Shown here in pieces: positions 11,706-24,177 of a stretch of 64,000 bases of DNA (position 1 is its first letter; each line of letters starts with the position of its first letter). The position numbers and the translations under genes were made by a program. Source of the stretch: Gnetum montanum (taxonomy: Eukaryota > Plantae > Gnetophyta). The stretch lies in NCBI GenBank assembly GCA_015680685.1, contig MNCI01002869.1, positions 124,697 through 188,696 of the forward strand, in the 5' to 3' direction. The notes under the pieces were generated by a model, which worked only from the letters and a program-made list of their open reading frames with translations, searched no databases and was not told the origin of the DNA.

Positions 11706-12765
11706 AGCTTCGTCTCTAGCCTCTTGGCCTGTAGCTGCATTCAAACTTCATCAAGAGCCACTGCCTCACTCATCATCAGTTGATCTTAACAACAGTACTG
11801 CCATTCATATTCAATGCCTGAAATCTCATTTGGTGCCTTTGTTTCATCAGTTGCTGTCCAAGTCTAAGCTTACTTCTTCACTCGTGGTTTTCTTATCTCC
11901 TTGGAGTTGTGTTTGCAGGATGACACTCAACGGTGTTTGTACACGGATGCATTTCATCACAGCAGTGAGGTATCACATTGTCCCAAATGCACGCAACTAG
12001 GTTAATCAATCTGTTCAAATGTACTCTCCCAGTTCCCAAGACATTCTCCATTTCCCTAAAACTTTGGTTCCCCTTCCTATTCGGTTACAATTTCCAAACA
12101 CACATCCCAAAACTTTGAGCACACTATTGCACGCTCTGACACTCTCAAGCAATTGCAACACATGACATGGCACTTGAGAATCAATACAAGATCAAAACAA
12201 AGCTTTGTCCAAAAAAAAACAAGACCCTTGGCACTTCCCATACAAGCCCCAGGAGGGAAGGCAATTGTCTTGGAAGCAAGTACTCATGTCTCAAACACAC
12301 AAGTAACATCTCATGGCGTGGCTTTGGCTCTTCGCCAACAGGTTTCCTTTAACGTTAAACAGAGGCCCTATTCCTCCAAAGAACGCAACACATCATCATG
12401 TGGCTTTGGTTGTGCCAACAAGTTTTCCTAAACACTAAACAAGAGTCTTGTTTCGCCAAAGGATGTACACCTCATGGTTTGGTTCTAAGTCTGCTAGACA
12501 ATGGCTATTGACAAGGATCAACAGGACTTGTATGCACACCAAAGCATCCCCTTCACCCATGCACAATCCCTTGATCAGTTCCCAATCCCCACAATTTATG
12601 TTTCCCTATCTAGCTGCGAACTTCATTTCCCCACTCCCATGTACTATTGAACATGATGCGATGACATCTGGCCAAGTGCCAAAGGAAAATTTTTCTACCA
12701 AGTTGCTTATGGTGTTTTGTACTTCTTTGTCGACGCTTCTCGGGTCGATTTCTCCAAGAATCAAC

Positions 12766-12778
12766 AAAGAGGGGCCAA
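12766..12778 (+). other. Polypurine tract of element A
   Basis: AAAGAGGGGCCAA abuts the 3' LTR; a near-identical tract precedes the B LTR (17186-17197). Confidence 0.85.
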
Positions 12779-14174
12779 TGAAACACCAAAAAATTCTAAG
12801 CTTAGCACTTCTCCAACAAGGATCGAGCTAAAGTCATGATGCTCCCCACCATGACTGAAGCTTGATGGCCTCACAGACAACTTCAAACGGAGTTAAATTG
12901 AACAGGAAATGGTTCCCTAGGATCCACATAAGACTACAATAACATCTGGCATCAAACCTAGAAAATATTAAGCCCAAAAGACTTGGTTTTCACTAAGTAT
13001 GCATCCTGTACACCCAGCGTGTACGCCTAGCATATACGCCCAGCGTATGACTTCAAAGGTGACCCAAAACAGGCACTTCAGAGCAAGATTTTCAGAAGGC
13101 ATAAACTCTCAGAGACAGGGCAATTATTAGGAATCATCATGGGCTTAGGAAAATTGATTTTTTACTTGAAATAATGCATTTTGGAGCTCACACGCTGAGC
13201 ATGTACATCCTGCATGCCTAGCGTGTACACCCAGCGTGCAGCCCAGTGTGTATGCCCAATGTGCAGCCCAGTGTACACCAGTCAGAGCCTTCCAAAACCA
13301 TGTTAGCTATAGTCCAAATGAGCCCAAATTTGATAGGTAGCATTCTCATGATCCAAGGGCCAAATTCAAGATTTTCTATTGTAACAGTATATTCGTTTGT
13401 AAAGTTCAATTCTCTTGCGTTGGGCAAGTTTGTATGCTGAGTTCACATGCCCAGCATGTACATGTTGGCATGCAGCACGCTGTACAGTTGTAATTTTCTT
13501 TGCACTCAGACAATGTAGCCACATGTCACCCGACCTAAAATTCGCTCACCTATGGTGACTCATACCCTTCCAGATCTGAATCCTATGCCCAAAAACCTCA
13601 TAAAACCCCAATTTTTCACTGGATCGGGGTTGACAATTTTGGGGCAAATAGGAGACAAAAACCTGAAGGTGCTTAGCAAATCAAAGAGGAACTCCATATG
13701 CTGGACTTCTACCCTATATGTTGAGTATACAGCCTTCACACTGCACCTGCAGTTTAAACCAGCTAACCATCATCCATCCGCATCCACCGGGGCTCTTCGT
13801 CCGCCTTGTGTCAGATCCACAACTACGTTCAGACCAGTGCATTGTAATCTCGACTTTCTTTCAATAAAGTTGCTTCATTTCTGGCTAAGATCTATTATAG
13901 TTTTCATTTATCTCTGTTTGCCCCTTCATTTATATTTCTGCGCACTTACATTCCAGTTTATGCTTATCATGCTCTGTACACATAACCCAGTGTAGTGCAT
14001 ATTGGCATACGTTTGGGGAAATCCTTGTCTGATCCGCGTAAGGACCACCCAAGGTACTTTACCTTTGTCAATTCTAGCTCATCCTCAAGCGAAGGTAGAG
14101 TCTTCTGTGCTTATCTGTAAATCACATGATGCTTGTCCCATTCCAGCCTTGCATCGATGATTTCGGACAGTACA
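12779..14174 (+). repeat. 3' LTR of element A (1396 bp)
   Basis: Direct repeat of 1684-3008; longer mainly through extra CAGCGTGTAC-type units near 13010-13040 and 13215-13280. Confidence 0.95.
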
Positions 14175-14187
14175 CCCTATTTATAGC
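14175..14187 (-). promoter_or_regulatory. Candidate TATA box of the antisense promoter of element B
   Basis: With element A removed the minus strand reads CTATAAATAGGGG, followed ~25 nt later by pyrimidine-rich TTTTTTCATTTTCACT (1648-1664). Confidence 0.5.
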
Positions 14188-14694
14188 TTATAGGGTTACA
14201 ACACTTGTTAATTTTCAGGACGTTCCATGTCCCGCACATAACATGGGACATCCTACTCCCCACACGTAACATGGAATTCCCTTGTTCCCTGCAACTTAGC
14301 ATGGGACACCCCATGTCTATAACAACGTAGCACACAGCTGTAGCATAGCATGTAAATACACCAAAATTTTCACCTCATTTTTATAATGTTGCATGGTTAC
14401 GGTCTTCTATGACCTTAAAGTGGCAATTTTGACTTATAATTTTGCATAGTCATGATCTGATATGACCTTGTTGACCTTGTTGACTTATAATTTTGCATAG
14501 TTGTGGTCTGCTAAGATCTTAAACTAGAAATTTTGAAATATAATTTTGCATGGTTATGATCCGCTAAGACCTTAAACTGACATCTATGTAACATTGCATA
14601 ATCACCTTGCATATATTTCATCGCATGTCGCTCTATTAAGCATGTATCACTTGAAATCTATTTGTTTTGCTCATTTTGCAGGAGTGCTTTAGAA

Positions 14695-15413
14695 ATGGCT
14701 ATACATGTTGATCTCCATTTGCCCTTAATCTTGATAGGACCTCATGGCAAACTCATGAGGCGCTTGAACATAGAGTTGATAGGCTTGGAACCTTCCCCTT
14801 ATGATACCAACATAGCATCCTTAGAAACATCCCTAGACTGGCCTGAACATATGGTCCAAGCTTTAGATTTAGAAGCCAATGATGTAATTGAGGACCCCCT
14901 TATCGAAATCCTCATGACTACATCTAGAGGCAATGACATGAGCAAATCCTCTATGTGCTTTAGGCTTATCACATGACATGCAGCATGGCTATAGGTAAGA
15001 CCCCATATAGTCTTGTATATGGATTTGAAGCAGTGTTAACTCTTGAATTGTAAGTCTTGTCACTTTGAATGATCCTTTTAAAAATCACGAATGAGGCTTA
15101 GAACAACGAGTCAAGGATCATTGACCTTAACTATGTAGAGGAGGAGTGCACCCAAACACTTAACTGCATTGAGTGGTACCAAGAAAAGTAACGATGAAAA
15201 AATCACTACAATTTGCACCAACAATCAATCAAAAATAAGGACTTAGTCCTTAAGGCCATTTGTAAACCTATGAGAAAATTCTCAGCCAATTGGGAAGGCC
15301 CCTTTGTACTTAAAAAAGCATATGAGAATGGGGCATTCAAGCTGGCTGACTTAGATGGAAAAAAATTACCAAATCCTATCAATCATTTGTACTTGAAGCC
15401 ATACTACACTTAA
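14695..15413 (+). pseudogene. pol: Deleted pol of element B: pre-RT N-terminus fused to integrase C-terminus
   Basis: LDLEANDVIEDPLIEI matches A's LDIEADSITEDLLIDT. After ~14940 it reads GKTPYSLVYGFEAV...NWEGPF...NHLYLKPYY, as in the A integrase tail. Confidence 0.85.
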
Positions 15414-15458
15414 CATTCAAGATTACATCAAACATAAAGCAAGGTAAGTAGATAGTCC

Positions 15459-15835
15459 ACTATAACTATAAACTAACATAGACCATCCACTACAACGTAA
15501 AACTAGCATAGAATGTCTACTATGACATTAAACTGGCACAACATGTCTTTGGGCCATGACATAAAACTGGCACCCATAGTATGTCTTTGGGCCATGACAT
15601 AAAACTGGCATCCACAGATTGTCTTTAGGTGATGACATAAAATTAGCACCCATAGCATGGTTCGCTATGACCTTAAACTGGCCATCCTCCATCCTCTATA
15701 ATGTTAAACCAGTACAACGGTTTGCTGGGACCTTAAACTAGCACAACTTAGTCTACCTAGACCTTAAAATAGGACCAGGGTCTACTAGGAATTTAAACCA
15801 GCATATATGATGGTTTACCAGGACCTAAAACTGGG
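15459..15835 (+). repeat. Array of ~12 hairpin motifs after the pol stop of element B
   Basis: Examples: GCCA-TGACATAAAAC-TGGC, GCTA-TGACCTTAAAC-TGGC, CCTA-GACCTTAAAA-TAGG. Confidence 0.8.
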
Positions 15836-17197
15836 TTCATAGTGCAACACCTCCTAGTTCACATATGTGACCTTGTGAACAAGTGAGCGTGCATATCCTC
15901 GAGCTTCCTACGCAAGATGGAATGGGACGTTGCAATTCTAAGATGAAGTTCATGTCATCAAGAAAAACCACTTGGGACACATGCAGCATCACCATCCATG
16001 GCATTTTACTGATCTTTTGTAGATGCCATATGGCATCTTGTTAACCTTCTAGAGCTACTGTCGACATCACAAATCAGTTTGGTCATAGCTCCCATCGTTA
16101 GCACTTCCTTCTGGAGTCCCAAAAGAACTATGGCATAACCACAGTGTTGGCATCCTCTAGCTCTCGCCATCACTAGAGTTTGAAAATGGATTCAACGGTT
16201 AGGCTTCTTACCTTGCAGTTGAATTTCATGACTCTTGCCTTTGGTGACAATTCCTGAGCACCTGCATCACCATTACTCCTAGCCTCTTCAATGCTAATTT
16301 TTAGTAGGGTCGTTGAAGCCTTCCAGCCTACTACTGTTGATGTCGGTATTGGCCTTCTTGCTTTAGCCATTGCATGCATCAGACACAACACTTGCCACCT
16401 TGGCAATGTCCTGAGTAGATAAGACTTCACCCTCACGTCACATGCTAGTTGTTTTTTCTAGGTTTCTCTTTTTTGTGTTTGCACAATAAAAGCCAAGATG
16501 GCATCATTTAGGAATACATTCCACCATGAGAATAAGACACTACATTATTTTGAAGTATCCACTTCGATCAGCCTAGCTACGTGAGAGTGCATATCCTATT
16601 CTCCCTTCATCCAACTTGATCTCCATTCCCTATACTTAGAATTTTTGACATCTTCCTCCCAAGATTTTCCAATGCACGTGAAACCCTTTTCTGTGCTTAA
16701 TTGCCAAGCCCATGATGGATGTAATGCAACTCATCCTATGGGAAGCCTTTGTAGATTGGTCAAAGCCCCACATGGATGTAACACAAGGTCATCCTAGGGA
16801 AGAAACACCTGTCATACAGTGATGACACAGTTACCTTTGAATGGATATGGATGTGTGTTTTTTCCAAAAAAAAAAGAATGAAAAATGACAATATAGCCAA
16901 GTGTCCAAAACAAATGGCACAATTGCTTTGCAATTGTCCTAGCTTTGGATCAACCACCTCTAAGCACTTTGATGAGAGGTCAAAATCCAAAGGTAGAATC
17001 CACTCACATGCATCAAATTCCTCATAACCTATTCCCTTTCTCTATCATACTTAGCTTTCCTAGCACTCCTAAGCATAGCAAAGAATTATCTAAGTGGGCA
17101 CTAACGAATGATGTGGATGTCACATTCAACATGGTGTTTCATTTTCTTTGTCGATGTCTCTTAGGCAGATCCTCCAGATGTCAACAAAGAGGGGCAT

Positions 17198-19394
17198 TGA
17201 AACATCATCAAATTTGGGACTCTCATGATTTAGCATAGTTCCAAAATTTGGACAAGGATCTCTGCAAGCATGGTGTCATGTTGGACGATGTAGACAACAT
17301 GGCACCCTAGAAGTCCTAATGCTTGTGAAGCCACTTCCAGGCCTGCCTGACATCCTTTGCAGCATAGTCAACGCAGCACCTAGTCATGAGGCTAGTTTGC
17401 ATAAAAGTGGCACTAAGGATGGACCATATGGATCAAGAAATTTTCTAATTGTGAGGCTTGCTATGCTACGCTACGCTGCACAGTGTAGCAGGCCATGTGG
17501 TGTTAAAACAATTGCAATTGTTAGATTAGATGTAGAAGATGTAGTTGGTAGATATTTAGTCCTAAAGGATGCTTTCCATGATTCATCCTTGGAATATGAT
17601 CAATGTAGCATGGAAAAGAATTAGGCAAATGTTACAAAATTCATCCCATTTTGGGTGTTATGCTATGCTATGCTGTACAGCGTAGCACCGCGTAGCAGGG
17701 TGCCAATTGTAAGATAATCTTCCCTGAAATTGTGTTAGTAAAGAAAATGCACTTGACCATTCTTCAATCTTTAAGGATGCTTTCCTTGCTCTACCCTTGA
17801 AGTTTGATCAATGTGACATAGGTAAATTTTGCAAAATCTACCCCAATCTGGGTGCTACATTGCATAGCGTAGTAGGATGCCACCACTAAGAAAGTCTTCT
17901 CTCACATTGCTTTAACAAAAGAACCACATTTAGTCATGTTTCAACCTCTAGGACTACCAGTCCCACTCCACCTTCAGATTCTAATCAAAGTCTCTTCACA
18001 AAGAATTATATATTAAGCTCAAATTCATGTTAGACTAGGTGTCATGTTGTGCTATGTTGCACAGCGTAGCATAGTGTAGTGGAGACATTGAGGTTAAAAG
18101 TGCCCCAAGGATGAAACCAGGAAGTCTCAGGCTCCTTTAACATGAAACGTGTGATATCTGGTTGCTGAAATAGCTTTTCTTGCTAGGCCTCAGAGGGGTA
18201 TTTTTGGTTTTTGAAAAAGATTTATCTTAAAGGTGGCTGTTACGCTGTGCTATGCTATGTAGCATAGCGAGCGGGTATTCATGCTACTTCGCTATGCTGA
18301 GTAACGTACGTAGTGTAACAGTTGAGAAGAGGCCATAGGACATCTTCAAAAGCTCCAAGACTCATCGTCGATGGTCATTTTTGTCCTAGCATCTCCTTGA
18401 TAGTTGAGATCAGTAGTTTTCTTTTCTTGTTGCATCCCTTGTCAAGTCCCGAAATTTTTTTTATGCTTGACCCTACTCATAAGAGAGGGGAAGACATAGT
18501 ATTGAAGCATAAGCTTCACTTTAAATTTTTCATAATCATTTTTTATAAAAATATGGTAATCCTTTGGGTACATGTAGTCTAAATGATATGGTCATGGCTT
18601 AGTAGGTTTCGCTTCCAGCATTGTTCCATTCAGCATAGCACATTAGCGTAGCACCACACCTCAGTGTAGCACATCCATATTTGTGCCCTATCGGACCTAG
18701 GAAGCCTAGCATCCAAACCACACATTCCTCCTATTCTCATCTCTATAAATACTGTAGTAAACAACATTCAAAGGGTTGGGTTTTGGCAGTTAGCTTCTGG
18801 GAATAAACTTTGGCAAGAAGATTGGTGAATAAAAGGTTGATAAAGAGCAAGTCCCAATAGTAGCACTTCCCAGATTTCTCTTTGATCTAGTGTACTAGCA
18901 AGCATCAACTCATCAGTTCCTATTAACATCCCATTGGTAGTAGTCTAGGAGATATGACCATATCATTCTATTACCAACTATGCCTATCCAGTACTGCATA
19001 CTAGTTGTACACATTCATCAGCAAACAAAGATAAGATCCCCTGATTTTGGGGTGGTGTATTCCCTCACCTAAACTTTCATTCTATTTTTATTATAACATA
19101 TACATTGCATCTTTATGTATTTATTCATGCTTATTATCTTGGTTACATATTTTAATGCATTTCTATTATTGTGCACCCCACGTTTTCTTCCATTTAAACC
19201 TCAACATGTTACATTTTAAAATTATTGTTTGCATATAGTTATTGTACACCATGTAAGTCTCTGACTAATCAGCCAGACCGTTCAGGGCACCCTATTTCCA
19301 TTTTCTCCAGTATGGCCCTTGTATGGATCTGGGGTTAGGTTGTATGCCTGATAACCTCTTGGTGTTCTAGCCACTAAAAGTTTCAAACTTCACA
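17198..19394 (+). repeat. 3' LTR of element B (~2.2 kb)
   Basis: Follows the PPT and runs TG...CA, with TATAAATA near 18744. Its 3' end resembles the solo LTR 60707-62416. Element C pol resumes at 19395. Confidence 0.8.
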
Positions 19395-22300
19395 AGGATA
19401 TGATCAAGAAAAGGCTATTGGCCATTTTTTGACCATCATCAACAACTAGTCTTTTTGTTCAGAAGAAATATTTTCATGAATTATAACTAGCTTACCATTG
19501 TTTAAAAATACATACTCCATGTTGGATAGTAGAGTTTTTAAGTTTAGGGACTTGTACTTGAAATTATTAGGGATTTTCAACTCTCCCAAATAGGTATAAT
19601 CATCTTCATCATCACAGAGTTGCTGATGACCCTACTCAAGTTCATTCATGCTTTTAACATAGGCATATGTTAGGTGCTCAGTTGGTTCCATGCACAGTGT
19701 GTTGTTGTTAGAGTTAGCTATCAGCCACTGGGTGCACTCTTATTTTGTGGTTGTTGCCTATAGGCACCTTTGGAAATCTTTTTCTTGTGCACACTTCTTG
19801 CATGCTTTAATGAATGTAGTTGTAATGGACCAACTTTTCTACATACAATTGCACCCATTATCACTGTACGTGATGCATGGAACATGCTTCTTCTCTAGTC
19901 ATTCAAATTCATTTTCCTTGGATATTTCCAAGGAAAGATCCCTAGTGCCCATTCATGAATCAACAATGCTTAACTGCACCCTTCCCATAATGATGGAAAA
20001 GTCACCTTTGTAGTTTTTGACCTTGATCACCAAAATATAAATAGGGTAGGACCACCCACAAAATATGGTCACAATTGTCCTCCAGAAATCTCAAAGGGAT
20101 AGTGGTTGATTGATTTTCCAATTCTAAATAAATGTTTCTCTTCTTGAAAGGTGGTAGGTTCTAGGCCTTATACATATCATGGGAGATGAGATTGACATTG
20201 AAACTAGAGTCAAGAAGAGCCTTGCATGGGTCATGTTTAGTGATATTCAAGTAAATAAGAGGACTTCTTGGGTTAGATCTCTTCATGGGAAGGTTTCTAG
20301 CCTTGATCCAATCGAAAATAGCATGAGTTAACATCATAGTATAGATTTGAGGTGGTGTTTGATTTGAAGGGTACTCAAATGTGTTTGATGTAGAGGATGA
20401 GAGTGTTAGAGATATAGGATGACTAGTTGCATTAGGTTGTGAGGGTTTGGGAGGATTTTTGGATTGAAAAAAGACTCATTTCTTAGAGCAATTATTTGAA
20501 CCAAGTTGGAAGGCTAGTTATGAATGTACATCCCTTGTAGCATTTTGTTGTTGTAACCATAGAGGAATTTCACCCTACATGGATGGAGTAGGAGTAATTG
20601 GGTTGAGGGTAGAGGGATGTGGAGGGTGGTATGGATATGGGTTCTTCCCTTGAGTATATGATGAATGTGTTTGATGGTACTTTGGAGGGTAATAGTGATG
20701 CTAGAATGTGGTGTGGCTTGCAGAGCTTCGTGGAGAGGCAAGTTGCTGAACATAGTACCAGTATGCATTTGGTTGTCTGTAAGGGTACTATTGTCTTGGC
20801 AGTAGAATTCCCCATGATTGTGGTTATTGCCACTATTTATATTATTCATACGGTTATGGTGGAGCTCCACTTAGATAGTAAGTTTATTGTTGTTGATGGA
20901 ATAGCCTTAGATTGCCCTAAGGATAGGGTAATCGTCTAGGTACTTTCCTTCTTGCTAGTCATAGATTTAAAGCATACATCTAGAATCTTGTAAGTGTGAT
21001 ACCATAGGGAAACATCCATTGGGATGTTCATATTGTAAATTTCACATCCACCATCTTCATTAGAGTTAGTTTCCATAACTTTTTCTACTGGAACAACTTT
21101 GCCCTTACCTCTTTGGTAGGCACGTTCAATTTCTTTCCACCTCTTGTAGTTACGATCACTATTTTGCTCTTTGGATTCTTTAGAAATGTTCATAGAAATT
21201 TGGAATTTTTTATCCAAAGAGTCCCATAGTTTTTCAACCTTTGCTGAAATATTAGAAATAGATTTCTAGATGGGCAAGGTTTTTTTGTTCATCACTTCAT
21301 TGAGTGATGACTCCTCCTTGTCATAGAATTAGGCTTTCCTTTTCCTAATGGAAGAGTCTCTACTATATTCTTCTATACTTTCCCTTTTTTGCAACTCACC
21401 TTCTTCTTTTATAACTTGCTCTATCAACCTTTGTATCTAATGAGCTCTTAGTTCAAATAGTCTCACTTGGGCATAGACCCCAAGAGTTCTTTTGGTTTCT
21501 ACTCTAAGCCCATCTATGATGTAGCAGAGTTGTTCCCTTTGAGAATAATCATGGCCAAGAAATTAGTGTAAAAGAGAATAATATTTGCCCATGGTGGCAT
21601 CCAAGGGTTCATGTATTTCTTGTTTTCAACCTTGAATTTTCCTTCTCAGATTAGATACTTTAGAGTACGTCTAGTATTGGTCATTGAATAGCTCAAGAAT
21701 TGTACTCCATAAATGGATAGATTCTAGCTCCAATGACTAGTACTAGCTTTCAAATTTCTTGATGAGTGTCCTAGGTAATAGCTTGAGTTCTTGCCAATCA
21801 TTTTTGATGTTTTCTAAGGCATAGGCATTGTGAAAGGCTTGTAAATGGTTTTGTGGATTAGAGTTATATCCCCCATCAAATCTTGGGATATTATTCATGT
21901 CTAAGTACTTGATCTAATTATCTTTCACATGCTTAGTTAGAAGCTAACTACCTATAAAATGTTAAGAATGCTTCAAGTTGCTAATAGAGGTTCATCATCA
22001 TCATTTTGTCAATGACGTCGATGATGATTTCTAGCATCCCTTTGTTCTTGGCGAGCTCTATGATCATTGTTGTTTTGATGACCATCTTTATCATGATTAT
22101 TTCTCTAGTGGCATATTTTAGAATTAGAAGATGAAGATGAATGTTCAGAATTAGATGAAGAGGATGAAGAACAAGGTGGACTACCACTACCACCACCTCC
22201 TAGCTTGTCATGACCATGATCCTTAGATTCCTTGCCATTGTAATGTTTACTTGAGTCCCTACCATGACTGTCAAGTTTTTTTGAACCTAGTTTATTAATA

Positions 22301-22772
22301 GTGAGTTGTAGGTTTAGGGTCATACCCTCATTACCAATAACAGGGGGTAGAGATTATTCATTTTGAGAATCCTTAGAGGAAGGATCCTCATTGTTCTCTT
22401 GGTTCAATAAGAACAAGGGATTAGTGAAGTGTTTCTTCTTCACAAACTCATGGTGCTTCTCCTAGTGTTAATCTCTCCTGCATTGTGTTTTAGTGGGATG
22501 GTAGTCCTGATAGTCTTATTCATGCACAACATACTCTTCTTGAATATCATGAATGCCTAACTTATTAAGATTTCAAAATAGCATCATTGCCACAAATTAA
22601 TTGGGGAGCATTACAAGGTTGCCCTCCATATCACGCCATCATAGTTGCTCATCCTAATGTAGGATGAATGTGAAGTCAGGTACATACTCATTGGGATGAG
22701 TATATTCCACTTCACACTCTTGTGGGACTAATGGTTTAACATCTTCATGCTTGTGAGAAGAAGAAGAGATTT
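19395..22772 (-). pseudogene. gag: Degenerate gag-protease-pre-RT region of element C
   Basis: Gag core ~21950-21400; protease ~20280-19900 (LLDSSFNVN, FSIIMGR); MEYVFL...KKWPIAFS matches D at 43321-43445. Confidence 0.75.
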
Positions 22773-22923
22773 TACAAACAAAAAAAATTTCAGTGTGCTT
22801 TTTTGTGATTATATGTCATGTGACAGCGATGTTGACCTTGGGTTCATCTAATGATATTAATAATGTTCAATAATCCTAGAGAGCACACATCTCAATAAAT
22901 AGAGTCCTTGGCAATGATGCCAA

Positions 22924-23882
22924 TGATGAGTAATGGAAGGTACCCCTATGCCCAACCATATGAATCACAAAGTATTCACATGCAATCCAGTCGAATTCTA
23001 TGGACTCTCTACTTTTTAGTATACTAGTCTTTTAGGAAGTGAATCTTTCCCTAATGTAATTTATTATCTTTGCAATTACACTTGTAATGATCATGGTATG
23101 GTTAAGTGTAATCGAGGCATATGATTTTTATTGTTTTATGTTTTATGGTTTTGGTGCTTAAAGAGAGAGATGGAGTAAATTGAGAACTAATTTAATTTAA
23201 CTATTTAACTAATCTCTAACTAGTCCTAACACAAGCATCTAGTCCAACTTTCTATACATGTCCTAAACCCATGCATTCACTACTAGGTTACTAAGTGCTA
23301 TGCTACTGGGTGCACCAAGTAATAGCATTGCTAGGATTACTAAAAAACTACATGTTTATGCTTGAAGCGGTCATACTTATGTATTTAATCTATCTAGCTT
23401 ATCTTTCTCAAGTACTTAAGTATCTTAATTACTAGAAAACATTGAATAAATAACTAAAAGCATTAAATGCATGAATAAAACATATTAAACTATCCATAAT
23501 GTTGCAAGGTTTATCAAGAAGCTCATCTTTATTATTGTACACATTGGTGTTGTTCAGGTACAACAATGCTCGAATAAAGATCTATACACTCAATTACACT
23601 TACTGTGGGAACTTGGGAAAAATATTCTAACTTTTGAATGTAAAAGCTGCAAGAGTTTGGCTACTACTATTACTTGAATTCCCATAAACATGGCTAGGAT
23701 CTTGTATTTATATTTTTTGCTATAGTACTACATCGATTGGGGCTTTGTAGATGTAGTAAAGACTACATTGATGAGGACTCATCGATGGGACAACATCACA
23801 TAAATGAAACCCCATTGATGGGGGCTCGTCAATGAAGTTGTATCAACGAGGGCCCATCAACATGACACTTTAATGTTCATCA
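22924..23882 (-). repeat. 5' LTR of element C
   Basis: TGATG...CATCA termini, adjacent PBS, and similarity along its length to the LTR at 59259-60215. Confidence 0.85.
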
Positions 23883-24177
23883 CCAATTAGCATCACAAAA
23901 TGCATGGAAGTTATCATCTCTTTTAACAAATTTAATGATCAAGTTCATGGTACCTTTTAGATATCTCAAGAGATGCTTCAAAGCATTCATATGGATTAGT
24001 CTAGGTTCTTTTATGAACCTTGAAAGATAGGATGTGGAAAACTCAATATTGAGTCTTGAGTAACAAATAAACCCCAAGGATCATATCATGATTCTATTGA
24101 GAGAAGCATCAATCGAGTGACTTTCATCTTTGACTTTGTTATATCTATTTTTTCAATTTTCCAGTAACTAAGATAAG
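23883..24177 (-). pseudogene. Ty1/copia RT C-terminus / RNase H start remnant
   Basis: SRLNIEFSTSYLSRFIKEPRLIHMNALKHLLRYLKGT...FCDANW; cut on both sides by LTRs. Confidence 0.85.

Larger units (their letters stand above)
1684..14174 (+). mobile_element. Element A: Ty3/gypsy Tat-like (aRH-containing) LTR retrotransposon lacking gag-protease
   Basis: Two TG...CA LTRs, perfect 5-bp TSD CCCTA (1679-1683 and 14175-14179), PBS, PPT, and domain order RT-RH-aRH-INT. Confidence 0.95.
14175..19394 (+). mobile_element. Element B right part: internally deleted Tat-like element with 3' LTR
   Basis: Contains a pol remnant homologous to A, a hairpin array, a PPT (17186-17197) and an LTR starting TGAAACATC. 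Confidence 0.85.
19395..23882 (-). mobile_element. Element C: 5' half of an Athila-like gypsy element, interrupted by B just before RT
   Basis: LTR 22924-23882 and PBS TTGGCATCATTGCCAAGGAC (22904-22923, decayed TGGCGCCGTTGCCGGGGA). Gag and protease remnants are colinear with element D. Confidence 0.85.

Noticed and set aside
11396-15835. CRISPR-like repeat-spacer appearance of the motif arrays
   Set aside because: Repeats are ~19 nt and degenerate, spacers are 0-25 nt and irregular, there are no cas genes, and the context is a plant retrotransposon UTR.
16173-16436. Second antisense ORF in the 3' region of B (and ~11720-12000 in A)
   Set aside because: No recognisable motif and no clear A-B homology by eye; left uncalled.
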